Shown here: in pieces, positions 9,296 to 20,389 of the stretch
Layout of the letters: the number at the start of each line of letters is the position of its first letter
Position numbering within the stretch: the first letter of the stretch is position 1
Assembly: GCA_963706795.1 (NCBI GenBank)
Contig: OY970170.1
Location: 360,001 to 392,000 of the forward strand
Source: Candidatus Saccharimonadota bacterium
GTDB lineage: Bacteria; Patescibacteriota; Gracilibacteria; BD1-5; UBA2023
DNA: 32,000 nucleotides
Direction of reading: 5' to 3'
The notes under the pieces: model-generated
Database searches by the model: none
What the model saw: the letters and a program-made list of their open reading frames with translations, nothing else
What the model was told of the DNA's origin: nothing
Made by a program: the position numbers and the translations under genes

Positions 9296-11477
9296 GATCG
9301 AGTACTTCGCGTGGTTTGCTTCCATCTGCAGGTCAGACGATTCCCATTTCTTCGAGGATGTCGATAACGCGGGCTGCGCGTGCATATCCGAGCTTCATTC
9401 GGCGCTGGAGCATGGAAGTCGACGCCTTGCCGGCTGTTCGCACAAATTGAATGGCTTCTTCGATGATTTTTGGATCTTCGTCATATCCGTCTGCGCCTCC
9501 GATCGATCATTCGAAGTTTCCACGATCCCCTTCTGTGATGGAGGTATCATAGATATCTTCGAGCATTGCAGGATCAATTGTACGTTTGATATGATTGACG
9601 ACGGCTTCTACTTCTTCGGTTTCTACGAGGATACCCTGAATGCGCTCAGGTGACATTGATCCAGATGGACTATAGAGCATATCTCCACGTCCGAGGAGGT
9701 CCTCTGCACCCATTCGATCGAGAATCGTTCGTGAGTCCACGAGACTCGCGACCGTGAAGGCGATGCGAGATGGGATATTTGCCTTAATGAGCCCCGTGAT
9801 GACATCAACCGATGGACGCTGTGTTGCTACGATGAGATGCATTCCGACAGCACGTGCCATCTGTGCAATACGAGCAATCGTGGTTTCGACTTCTTTTTTG
9901 TTTCCGCTCATCATGAGGTCTGCAAGCTCATCGATGACGATCACAATATTGGGCATTCGATCTTTTTTGCTAACCTTTGCATTGTATTCTGCAAGATTTC
10001 GAACCTTTGAAACATTGAGAATATCATAACGTCGAATCATCTCAGCAACGGACCACTTAAGCGAATTAAGTGCCTTGTCCGGCTCATTGATAACTGGTGT
10101 AAGGAGGTGTGGAATCCCATTATAGATACCAAGTTCGACACGTTTTGGATCGATGAGGATCATACGGAGATCACTCGGTGCGTTTTTGTAGAGAAGACTC
10201 ACTAGGAAGCCATTCATTCCAACTGACTTACCCGATCCAGTTTGTCCGGCAATGAGGAGATGGGGCATCTTTGCGAGGTCGCCAACGATGTAGTCTCCAT
10301 TAATATCCTTTCCGACTGCAATCGTGAGATTGGATTTTGCATTTACAAAATTGGGATGCTCGAGGACTTCACGAATACCGATGGTGTCGCGCTTGTCATT
10401 AGGCACCTCGATACCGACGAGACCAAGTCCTGGGATCGGCGCCTGAATACGGATCGATTTTGCTTTGAGCGCGAGTGTGAGGTCCTTTTTGAGATTTTCG
10501 ATTTTGGAGAGCTTAACTCCTTCGTTGGGTTCTAGTCGATATTGCACTACGGTTGGCCCGACCTTTTCACCCTTCATTTCTACACCGATTTTAAATTGGA
10601 GAAGTGTGCTCTCGATCTCGGCGGATTTCTCACGAATCTCTGCATCAGATACAACAGCGATATGCTTCACTTCATTGAGGAGTTTTGTAGATGGAAACTC
10701 CCATGTTCCAAAGTCTGGGATCGAGAGTTGTTTTTCGGGAGAAGCTTTGTGGTCGGATTTTTCTTCTTTTTTGGCACCAAAAATCGTGCCAAGCATGCCT
10801 TTTTCTTTTTTCTCGATCGCGACATGGATTGGTGCATCGGGTGCGTCGAGTTTTTTCTTTTCGATTTCGCGTTCTTTGCGGATGGATTCGAGCTCGAGTT
10901 CGAGGTCTTTTTTGCGCTTTTCGAATTCTCCTTCTTGTTTTTTAGATTTGAGGTCTTCTTTGACTTCTTTGCGAATAGTTGAGATCGTCTCTTTTACATC
11001 ACCAGCAGATGGAAGCTTTGACTGGACCGTCGCAAAAATCTTACGATAACTAATGCGCACAGTGAGATAAATCGAAACCAGATATCATCCGATCAGTGCC
11101 AAAATTGCCGGTGTTCGACCAAACCATGACGTTAAAAGTCCCGAAAAATCCAAAAGTGCATTGGCTCCATAGGGCCTAAATGCTGTCAGTACCGAAGTCA
11201 GCGAAATGAGATAAAGCAGAAGTCCGATAAATCGCACACTATTCCACGAAAGACGCCCAATGATAATGAGTCCACCAACAATACCGACGATCGGCACAAA
11301 AATCCAACGATAGAGATCACCCAAAAGATAACTCAGCGTACTCACGAGATAGCTTCCAACCAAAGAAGAGCTGTCTCCAAAGAACGCAAGTACGCTTAAA
11401 AAGAACAATACCCATCCAGCGATAACGTTCCCAAGCTCAAAATTCCAAGTAGGTCGTGACTTTTTCTTGCGTGCCAT
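9291..11477 (-). CDS. ftsK: DNA translocase FtsK
   Basis: An N-terminal membrane domain (track ORF 11085..11582 from MARKKKSRP), a K/E-rich linker, the motor domain (GQTGSGKS) and the gamma domain are joined through TGA at comp(11085-11087), comp(9507-9509) and comp(9333-9335). The gamma domain reads LEEMGIV-G-PADGSKPREVL. TAA at comp(9291-9293). 728 aa. Confidence 0.95.
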
Positions 11478-11566
11478 AATGGTCGGAAGTATATACGGAG
11501 AGCCGAAAAAGGAAAGTGTTGCGCATTCTCTCTGCAAAAAATCACCTAAATAGACACCCCCTACGC

Positions 11567-11594
11567 TTGCCTTCTGGATCATTCTCCCTATAAA
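11567..11594 (+). promoter_or_regulatory. Putative promoter
   Basis: TTGCCT, 16-nt spacer, TATAAA, 20 nt upstream of ATG 11615. Confidence 0.4.
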
Positions 11595-11614
11595 GAAGCC
11601 GTAACCCCATATAT

Positions 11615-12121
11615 ATGTTTCAGTTCATAGAATTTCTCAAAAAACGTCCGTCGGATACGACTATCCGTATCATTCGAATCCTCTTTTCTCTCGGAACAGC
11701 AGGGCTTCTTGTACTTGCCGCAAAGGATTATTCTCTGCCATTTCAGTCGCATTATGAATCATTCGCACTCTATGCAAAATACGCACTCGCGGCGGTTTTT
11801 GTGATTCACGCAGTCGTATTTGGTGCCATCGGAATCTGCTTTTGTAAGAGAAGTCTCATGAAAAAACTCCAGATGATCGTCGGAGTTCTCATGATTATCA
11901 CAGGAAATTTTATAGGAAAAGTAGAAGCCCCAACCCCACAAGCAACGCCAAACACACAGGTCAGCATTTCGGCAATTGCTACCGAAACTCCAAAACCGAT
12001 CAATGTTGGATTTTATTTCGCTCTACTTGGATTCCTCCCACTCCTCTCTGGAATCAGCGGAAAAATGATCATGTCAAAATGCCTCAAACATGGCGAAACA
12101 ATCACTAAAATCCGAGTCTAA
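11615..12121 (+). CDS. Hypothetical membrane protein (168 aa)
   Basis: Uninterrupted ORF with about four hydrophobic segments. Ends in TAA and is followed by a terminator. Confidence 0.6.
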   Translation: MFQFIEFLKKRPSDTTIRIIRILFSLGTAGLLVLAAKDYSLPFQSHYESFALYAKYALAAVFVIHAVVFGAIGICFCKRSLMKKLQMIVGVLMIITGNFIGKVEAPTPQATPNTQVSISAIATETPKPINVGFYFALLGFLPLLSGISGKMIMSKCLKHGETITKIRV

Positions 12122-12135
12122 AAATACTGCAAAAA

Positions 12136-12173
12136 ATCCCCCGAAGCCCGCAAGAGCTGAGGGGGATTTTTTA
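12136..12173 (+). terminator. Rho-independent terminator
   Basis: ATCCCCC...GGGGGAT stem followed by TTTTTTA. Confidence 0.7.
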
Positions 12174-12231
12174 TGGATACCATAAACCTTCTACGAAGCG
12201 ACCAAAAAAGCCAAATAATCAAGCTCCCTTT

Positions 12232-12259
12232 TTGCGCAAGTACAAAATATTGGTACAAT
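12232..12259 (+). promoter_or_regulatory. Putative extended -10 promoter for clpC
   Basis: TTGCGC, 16-nt spacer, TACAAT preceded by TGg. Confidence 0.45.
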
Positions 12260-12295
12260 AGATGGGAAAAAAATCAGAAATACACCTATTTTTCT

Positions 12296-14848
12296 ATGTT
12301 CAACAATTTCGCAGAAGACTACAAAAAACTCATGATCGATACGGAAAACACCGTAAAATCAGCCAACTACCAAGAAATCCTCCCCGAAGACGTCTTCCTT
12401 GAGATGATGAAGGTCAAAACCGGACCCATTTTTGAGATGTTCGCAAGCTATGGAATCAACGAAAAGATCACTCATGACGTTTTTACAAAGCGTCCATTTT
12501 CCGAATTCCGTAAGTGAGCAAACGGCGCATATATCGGACTCTCTCCGCGCATCAAAGAGCTCATTGTTTCGAGTGTAAAAATCGCCGCAAGCTTTGAGAA
12601 AAGAAAGGCTGGGATAGAGGACTTCCTCCTGGCTCTGATGAGAACTCCTGGAGAAACTTGGATCTATCAATTCTTTGATTTTGTCGGCGTAAGCCCTAAG
12701 GATTTTGAGGAGCAGCTCGTCAATTATTCGCGTGAGATTGCCAAGGACAAAGACAATGGCATGTTCGCTCCACTCGATGGCATTTTGAGTGCACTTGAGC
12801 ATAACATGGTGCAGGCAGAAGACATGAATAATCCATTTTTTGCCAACAAAAAGCAAGACGGCAAAAAGCAAGAGAGCGCCACTCCCGCCCTCGACTTCTT
12901 TGGAAATGACCTCACAGCACAGGCAAAGCTCGGCAAGATCGATCCAATCATTGGGCGCAATACCGAAATCGATCGTCTCATTTCGATCCTCAATCGCAAA
13001 ACCAAAAATAATCCTTGTCTCGTAGGTGAGCCAGGAGTTGGAAAGACTGCCGTAGTCGAAGGACTCGCACGTCGCATCGTCGAAGGCGATGTGCCATTCG
13101 CTATGCAAAACAAGCGTGTAGTTGCGCTCGATCTCTCTGGACTCGTTGCTGGTACCAAATACCGCGGTGAATTCGAAGCCCGCATCAAGCAAATCATCGA
13201 CGAAGCAAGCAAACTCGAGAACGAAATCATTCTCTTCATCGACGAAATCCACACCATTATCGGTGCTGGATCAGGCGAAGGAACACTCGATGCAGCCAAT
13301 ATTCTCAAACCCGCAATGGGCCGAGGAAAAATCTGTGTTATCGGAGCAACAACGCTCACTGAATACCAAAAATATATTGAAAAGGACAGTGCGCTCGAGC
13401 GACGATTTCAAAAGATTGAAGTCGATGAGCCAGACCAAAAAACTGCCATCGAAATCATTAAGGGCCTCGCACCAAGCTTCGAAGAATTCCACAATCTCAT
13501 TATTGAGGATGACGCCGTTATTGACGCTGTAACGCTCGCGACTCGATATGTAACGGATCGATTTTTGCCAGACAAGGCAATCGACCTCATTGACGAAGCA
13601 TGTTCAGCCAAGAGCATGAAATACAACTTTGATGAGGAAGAAATCAAAAAGATCAAAGAAGAGATCGAGACTATCCAAAAAGACATGGAGAATTTTATTA
13701 TCTCCCAGCAATACCACAAGGCTATCAACGCTAAGCAGCGCCGCGAAGAACTCGAAAATAAAATCGCTGAAAAGAAAGCAAAACGCACCATTCCTCGCGA
13801 AAAGCGTCTGCATATTACTGGAGAAGACATCCAGAAGATTGTTCGCCAAATTACAGGAGTGCCCGAGCGTAACCTCGATACCGAGGACATCGCAAAGCTC
13901 TCAAAACTCGGAACTCAGATCAAAAAACGCATCATCGATCAAAACGAAGCCGTGGATTCGATCGTCAATGCCATCAAGCGATCTCGCACGGGTATTGCGG
14001 ACGTCAATCGTCCAATTGGATCATTCCTCTTTTTGGGACCAACCGGAGTCGGAAAAACTGAGCTTGTAAAGGTACTTGCAGAGGAATTTTACGGTGATCC
14101 TAAGGCGCTCATCAAGATTGATATGAGTGAATTTAATGAGCGATCAAGTGCCTCAAAGCTCATCGGTACTACAGCTGGATATGTTGGCTACGAAGAAGGT
14201 GGAATGCTCACCGAAAAAGTACGTCGCAAGCCCTACTCAGTCGTACTCTTCGATGAGATCGAAAAGGGAAATTTTGAAGTCTTCAATCTCCTTCTACAAA
14301 TTCTCGAGGACGGAGTTGTGACTGATGGAAAGGGACGAAAGGTGAATTTTAAGAACACCATCGTCATTATGACCTCAAATATCGGCGGAGACGAATTTAC
14401 CTCAAAGGCCGAACAAATCGGGTTTAATGTCAGCGAAAAAGACGAAGAAAAAATCATCCGAGATTACGAAAAAACCAAAGAAAAAATCGTCGGAAGCCTC
14501 GATGAATACTTCACACCAGAGTTTATAAACCGTATCGATAAGATCGTGGTATTCTCGCCGCTCGACAAAAATTCGATGGGCAAAATCATCCGTATTCAGC
14601 TCGAACGCCTGCAATCTCGTCTTACTTCGGTCAATATTGGTCTCGAATACGACACCAAAGTAGTCAATCTCATCCAAAAGGAAACATACGATCCATCCTA
14701 CGGTGCACGCCCTGTACGACGATATATTCAGGACAAAATTGAGGATCACATAGCCGAACTTTTGATCGCCAAGGAGAAACCTGCTACAATACGCATAACT
14801 GTTACCAAAGGTGTCCTCTCTTTCGATCCGATCATTTCTCGCGCTTAG
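12296..14848 (+). CDS. clpC: ATP-dependent Clp protease ATP-binding subunit, ClpC type
   Basis: A Clp_N domain starting at MFNNFAEDYKK is joined to track ORF 12638..14848 through TGA 12515-12517. Two AAA modules (GEPGVGKTAVVEGLA and GPTGVGKTELVKVLA), a short middle domain, and an IGF loop (AEQIGFNVS). 850 aa. Ends in TAG. Confidence 0.9.
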
Positions 14849-16391
14849 TGCCATAGTTGTCACAGGCCTTATCCCTCTTGCGGTTTCCGCTGAGGGATAT
14901 ATTGGCGAGGATCTCGGAGTAGATCTTTATAGAAGAGTCGACAGCGGAGTTGCTTCCATGCGAAAAACTCTGGTCGAAAAGCGCATCCCTGGATCGGCAA
15001 AACGAATGAATGAGACGATCAAAAGTCAGTGCGACAAAGTCAAAAACACTGATGTGATCGAGACGAGTAACGAATTTACCGCATCAGAGCTCTCGCAGAT
15101 TTCACAGGGAGTTTCGAGTCCTCTCTATTTGCATCTCAAGCCACAATTTAAAGCAACCGGCGTGGCCACTGATCTTTTGGAATGTATCCAAAATGTTGTT
15201 GGCAACGACTTTGCAAACATGCAATACGAGAGCGCAAAAGAGCAGCGTACGCTCGAAAAACTCGGATCTGTAGGACTCTACACAGATGGAAATACTGATA
15301 ATTCGAGCTTTGATCTCATGTATGATCTCTCTCGGATTCATGACATTCTCTTTTCAAAAGACATCCCCTACAACGGAAAATCCAATCCGACGAATGGCAA
15401 TCTCAAGGCATTTCTCAGTAATCCGACGCCATTTTCATCACTCACAAATGGACTAACGCTCTCGGATCGATTGTCATTTGATCTCGCAGATAGTGGTTGG
15501 CAACTCGTAAATCCCGACAAACCACAAACTACTTGAACAGGAGGAACCGTCGGTCCATACTGTGCAACTGGTACCACAACCATCGCTGGTATCGACGCCA
15601 ATCTCATCAGTGATCTCAATTCACAAACGGCAGTCGGGACAAATAGCTCGTCAGAATCAAATCCTGATATCTCACTCAGCGTATCATCCGTCAATGACGC
15701 TGGCGATAGCCTCGCCAATGCAGCTCTGACCGGCAATGCCTGAGGAAGCCGCTTTGGTTGCAAAACATTCTTTTGTATCAATGTGGACTTCGTCATGTAC
15801 CAGGACACGCTTTTGTGAGGCGGGAAGAGTTATGCAATCCAGAGCATCCTCGAGCAAAATCTCAAGATCGTCCTGCATTTTGCTGGCTCAAGTTTTGTAC
15901 AGGCAAAGCACACGAGTAATTTCTTTGAATTGCTGCTCAAAAACATCAAGCTGCCTAGTATGGGACATATTGGCACGGTGGTAACTTCGAGACCGCCTCC
16001 TATTCTCAATCTTGCAGGCAAGGATACTCCTCGGGGGGCTCCAAAGCAAAATGACGATGAGAAACTCTTCGATGAAATTACCACGAATGTTCTTGCAGAT
16101 TACGGACTTAATACCAAACGAGAGAACGCGCTTCTGGAGAATAAAACTCAAAACTACGGGATTACTCTCCTCAATGGACTCAGCACTGACTACGCGAACG
16201 AAAAACTCAAAATCCCAAGTAATGCTCGTGCAAATTACTACGCAGCGAAGGAACGAGCGATCAAGACTGGATACTACGACGCATTTTTAGGTGATGTGCT
16301 CGAATTCCAAGCATTCACCAAGACATTCTCAGACAATATCGGGAACTTCGTTGCTCTCGTAAATGGCCTCCATGATATCCCACAAAATTAA
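14811..16391 (+). CDS. Secreted protein of unknown function (526 aa)
   Basis: GTG start overlapping the clpC 3' end. Signal peptide SIRSFLALSAIVVTGLIPLAVSA/EG. Track ORFs 14811..15536 and 15930..16391 share a frame and are joined through TGA at 15534, 15741 and 15816. Ends in TAA. Confidence 0.6.
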
Positions 16392-17649
16392 ATTCGTCCT
16401 CGTTACACTCCTCTCGCTATCCACGCTGGTATCGAGTGTTTCGGCGTGTGTGATCGAAACTGGACCTTCACCTGCACTCAGCAACTATTTAAGCAAACTC
16501 GACAAAGCTCTCGCAGATATCAGCTCAGCAAGCTCAGGAGCATCCTGCAGCAATACTTCCGACGGGAAGGCACGAGCCAGCGACAGCCTTAGTCGGTCGA
16601 CTTCTGAAATCGTCAAAAATACCAATCGTGCACTCACTCAGGACGACTACATGTCTGCTGGGAGATTTTCGATTGATCTCGTGCTCAGAGGAGAAGTTCC
16701 AACCGCCCTCAGACGTGACTATAATCTCCTTCTTCGTAAACAGGAGGCTATAAATTCACTCATTGATAGCATCTATACTAATTGTTGAAGCGATCTCGAC
16801 GGCAATACATCGATCATCGACGATCCCGCATACACTACTGGAAAATCCGACCAGACCAATCTCTGAACACTTGCCGGCGATCTGCTTACCAATCATATCA
16901 AGATCATTGGATTTTATCGTGAAGCGACCATCGGCGTACCTCCAACAAAAGCGAACTTTTTAATGGTCGATGATGATTTTGAGTCGAGTCTGAGCGCAGA
17001 CTACGGACCAAAATGAACTGAGATCTGTAACAAAAAATGAGACCCCTTCAAACGAGTCACTGAAGCCATTGACCGCATTGGAGATCTTGGTGGCAGCATT
17101 GCCCGAGGAACCGATGATTGGAAGGCTGCATGGGCACTTCTTCAGTCAAATTCGACAGAATATTCTCAGGTGGAACGGGGAGTATTGGCACGCGAACTCT
17201 CACGTCAGTGACTCTCAGGGAAGAGCTCAAGCCTCATCCTTCGCAATCTTGCCTACTATAACAAAACAGATCAGCATCGTGGAATTAGTGGCTTTGTAGA
17301 AGACATCGGAGATCGCATCAATCAGGGATTCAGCGCCGTCAACGAAGCCTTCGGTGGATTACGCGAAGACCTTGGAAAGGCAAAAGATACCGATCAATAC
17401 CTCGATCGCTACCAAAATATTCAAGCCGTTCGCACCGATATTGGCAAAGAAATTACCGGAGACTTCTACGAGCTCATGGACCATATCGGCGATGAAAATC
17501 TCACAACTGACGAAATCACCGGTCACCTCGCAGATATCTATAACGAAATCGACGCCACCACCAAGCTCATCTCACCATACCGCAAGATCGCTCGTGATAC
17601 CTGTAATCAGCAAACTCAAAATTCATGAGGAAACTGTAGCGGTAAATAA
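16363..17649 (+). CDS. Putative lipoprotein of unknown function (about 428 aa)
   Basis: MASMISHKIKFVLVTLLSLSTLVSSVSA-C has a lipobox-like signal. Overlaps the previous gene by 29 nt. Track ORF 16363..16788 continues in the same frame through six TGA to TAA 17647-17649. Confidence 0.55.
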
Positions 17650-17691
17650 AAAAATCCCTCCTTCACTCTTACGAGCTTCGGAGAGATTTTT
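17650..17691. terminator. Possible bidirectional terminator between convergent genes
   Basis: AAAAAAATCCCTCC...GGAGAGATTTTTTT, an imperfect stem with flanking A and T runs. Confidence 0.3.
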
Positions 17692-19032
17692 TTAGAATGA
17701 TTCTTCGTATTCACGTGCACCTTCACGATCGTAGAATTTTTGGAATTTCTTCTCGAACATGAGATCAACTTGGCCGACGGGTCCATTACGATTCTTGCGG
17801 ACAAAGATACTCGTAACACCTTTGTTTTCGGTGAATTCGTCATAGTAGTCTTCACGATAGATCATCATTACCACGTCCGCATCCTGCTCGATAGATCCAG
17901 ATTCACGAAGGTCTGAGAGGATTGGCTCTTTGGTTGTACGTGATTCGACATTACGCGAGAGCTGTGAGAGTGCGATAATTGGGACTTGGAGTTCACGAGC
18001 AAGCGACTTAATACCACGTGAGATTTCTGAGATTTCTTGTACGCGATTCATTGGATTTCCTCCACTCATGAGCTGGAGGTAGTCGATAACGAGGAAGTCG
18101 ATACCGGATTCGATCTTGAGACGTCGCGCCTTGGATTTGATCTCCATGAGGTTTCCCATTGGAGAGTCATCGATATAGATATTGGATCGTGAAAGTCGCT
18201 CAAGTGCATCACCCATTCGGGCGAACTCGTCGTCTTCGAGGAGTCCTTTGTTAAGCTTCCAACTGTCGATACCCATGGTCGCACAAATGAGACGATCCGT
18301 GAGCTGTTCTTTACTCATTTCGAGGGAGAAGATCGCGACGTTCTTACCTGCTTCAGCAACGCTCTGCACCATATTGAGAGCAAGCGCTGTCTTACCCATC
18401 GAAGGACGAGCCGCGATGATGACCATATCGCCAGCCTTAAATCCACCAATTTTGCCATCCAAGCCCTTAAACCCAGAGAGAATAAGCCCCTCATTTGCCT
18501 GATCAGGATTTGCATGGATCTCCGCAAAGGCTTCATATCGGAGATTGATGATATCCTTGATATGTACGAGTTTGTTCTGAATGAAGGTCTGCGTTACCGA
18601 AAAGAGCGCTTGTTCAGATTTTTCGAGGAGTTTGCTGATCTCAGATTCTTCGTCATATCCACAAAGGAGGATATCATTTCCAGCCTTAATAAGCTTACGA
18701 AGAACGGATTTATGCTTAACAATCTGCGCGTACTGATAAATATTTGAGCTCGTAAAGATCGAATTTGTGAGCGCAATGAGGTATTGATTTCCTCCGACTT
18801 CTTCGAGTTTTTTGCGGTCATCAAGAAGCTCGCGAACCGTCAAAAGATCAATCGGTCGATTCTTGGAAAAGAGATCGAGCATGACCTCATATACGAGAGC
18901 ATTTTTATTGTCATAAAAATCCACCGGCGTCAGCAATGATGAAACCTGGATAATACCGTCTTTGTCGAGCAAAATAGAACCGAGCACACCCTGTTCGGCT
19001 TCTATCGAGTGAGGAGGAACTTTAGAAATCAT
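17692..19032 (-). CDS. dnaB: Replicative DNA helicase DnaB
   Basis: Uninterrupted 446-aa ORF. PPHSIEAEQGVLGSILLD at the N-terminus and Walker A ARPSMGKTALALN. No TGA. Ends in TAA. Confidence 0.95.
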   Translation of the reverse strand: MISKVPPHSIEAEQGVLGSILLDKDGIIQVSSLLTPVDFYDNKNALVYEVMLDLFSKNRPIDLLTVRELLDDRKKLEEVGGNQYLIALTNSIFTSSNIYQYAQIVKHKSVLRKLIKAGNDILLCGYDEESEISKLLEKSEQALFSVTQTFIQNKLVHIKDIINLRYEAFAEIHANPDQANEGLILSGFKGLDGKIGGFKAGDMVIIAARPSMGKTALALNMVQSVAEAGKNVAIFSLEMSKEQLTDRLICATMGIDSWKLNKGLLEDDEFARMGDALERLSRSNIYIDDSPMGNLMEIKSKARRLKIESGIDFLVIDYLQLMSGGNPMNRVQEISEISRGIKSLARELQVPIIALSQLSRNVESRTTKEPILSDLRESGSIEQDADVVMMIYREDYYDEFTENKGVTSIFVRKNRNGPVGQVDLMFEKKFQKFYDREGAREYEESF

Positions 19033-19035
19033 GCG

Positions 19036-19944
19036 CTATTTAGGAGAATCGGATGCTTCTGGGGTTTCAAATTTTTTAGCAAGCTCGAGTTCAAGCTCGA
19101 GTTTATCCTTCATTTCACGGATGCGTGGATTGTATGGATCGAGATTTTTGAGTTTTTCGATGGTTTCGAGAGCTTCTTCTTTGCGCTCAAGTGCTATGAG
19201 ACTGACTGCAAGGATCGAGAGCATATCAGCATTTCGCGGATGTGGCCGAAGGAATTGTCGTGCATATTCGGCGCTTTCCTCAAATCGACCGAGTTCGTGC
19301 GCGAGATTAGCGAGCATTTCGATCGCTTCGATGTGCGCTTCGGAGAGATTAGCAAGACGTTTGTAGATTTCAAAAGCGATCTCAAATTTTCATTGGATGG
19401 AGAGCGCAAATCCGAGCTTCATGTAGATCTCAGGGTCCGTATCGTGGACGAGGATGAGGTCCTTATAGATGAACTCAGCCTTTTTGTAGTCCTTATCACG
19501 TTCGTAGAGTGAGGCAAGAAGACAGTTAAGGTCTTTGTTCCATTTATCGATCGCGAGACCTTCAATAATTTTCGCTCGGGCGTCAGTAAATTCACCGCGT
19601 GCAACTTTGGTACGAATCAGTTTAACGAGCTCGATAATCTCCATGCGTCTCTCAGGTGAGAGCTCAGCGGCTACTGCAGCAGGCTCTTCTACCACCTCAA
19701 TAGGAGCCTCTGGAGTGACCTCTGGATCTGTTTCAACTACCTCAATAGGTTGCTCGATTTTGATCTCAGGCTTGATCACTTCTGGCTGCACCGTGGATTT
19801 ACGACCAGTTGGGAAAAGTACCTCAGCAAGTCTTTTTGCGCGATTTACTCATTCAATCACGAAAAAAACCGTGAGAAATGCAATATTCACGAGAAAGAAG
19901 GCGATCTCAAATTTGAGATACGAAAGCGAGAGAAGAAATTCCAT
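19036..19944 (-). CDS. Membrane-anchored TPR-repeat protein
   Basis: ATG at 19944, then a TM segment (FFLVNIAFLTVFFVIE-G-V), a P/E/V-rich linker with repeated PIEVVE, and TPR-like helices. Track ORFs 19390..19791 and 19036..19317 are joined through TGA at comp(19390-19392). TAG abuts the dnaB ATG. Confidence 0.6.
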
Positions 19945-20067
19945 AAGAAAGTTGATGCACTATATAGAAAAACCAATGGTTTTCAACTTCGAATCGCGAC
20001 TTGGTCCATCCATTCTTGAAGACAAAAATCAGAAGCCTCAAAAAGTACAAAAATGCTCTCCAAATAT

Positions 20068-20096
20068 TTGACGGGTATTTTTAAGTATGCTCTAAT
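20068..20096 (+). promoter_or_regulatory. Putative promoter giving a leaderless or near-leaderless mRNA
   Basis: TTGACG, 17-nt spacer, TCTAAT, then 6 nt to ATG 20103. Confidence 0.35.
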
Positions 20097-20102
20097 AAAA
20101 GC

Positions 20103-20336
20103 ATGTGGAATACAACTGGTGTGGTCGGCTATATTGCAGTCCTTATGATCGTGGGTGCGTCTCTTGTCTCTAACAACGAAACCACCGCCTATTACGCGTC
20201 TCGTGCAGATGCATTTTCATCTCGCACTCGATTCGAAAACGTGATCGAACCCCAAAAAACCGAAGCCTCCAGTCGCTATGTCCGCCTCTATCTCGATGGC
20301 GTCGCCTACGAAGGAACTGTGCATATCGCGCAGTAA
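20103..20336 (+). CDS. Small membrane-anchored protein (77 aa)
   Basis: Uninterrupted ORF with an N-terminal TM segment (VVGYIAVLMIVGASLV). Ends in TAA and is followed by a terminator. Confidence 0.5.
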   Translation: MWNTTGVVGYIAVLMIVGASLVSNNETTAYYASRADAFSSRTRFENVIEPQKTEASSRYVRLYLDGVAYEGTVHIAQ

Positions 20337-20349
20337 TTCTGATTTCAAT

Positions 20350-20377
20350 AAAAAGCCAACATCACGTTGGCTTTTTA
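20350..20377. terminator. Bidirectional terminator
   Basis: AAAAAGCCAAC atcac GTTGGCTTTTT. Confidence 0.8.
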
Positions 20378-20389
20378 TGTGCTCATGCA

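Noticed and set aside
12359-14863. Long minus-strand ORFs inside clpC (12359..13252, 12724..13359, 13408..13890, 14402..14863)
   Set aside because: They are antisense shadow ORFs of a very well supported gene. Their sequences are low-complexity or biased with no motifs. The same applies to plus-strand ORFs inside ftsK (10465..11049, 10542..10982, 9754..10029).
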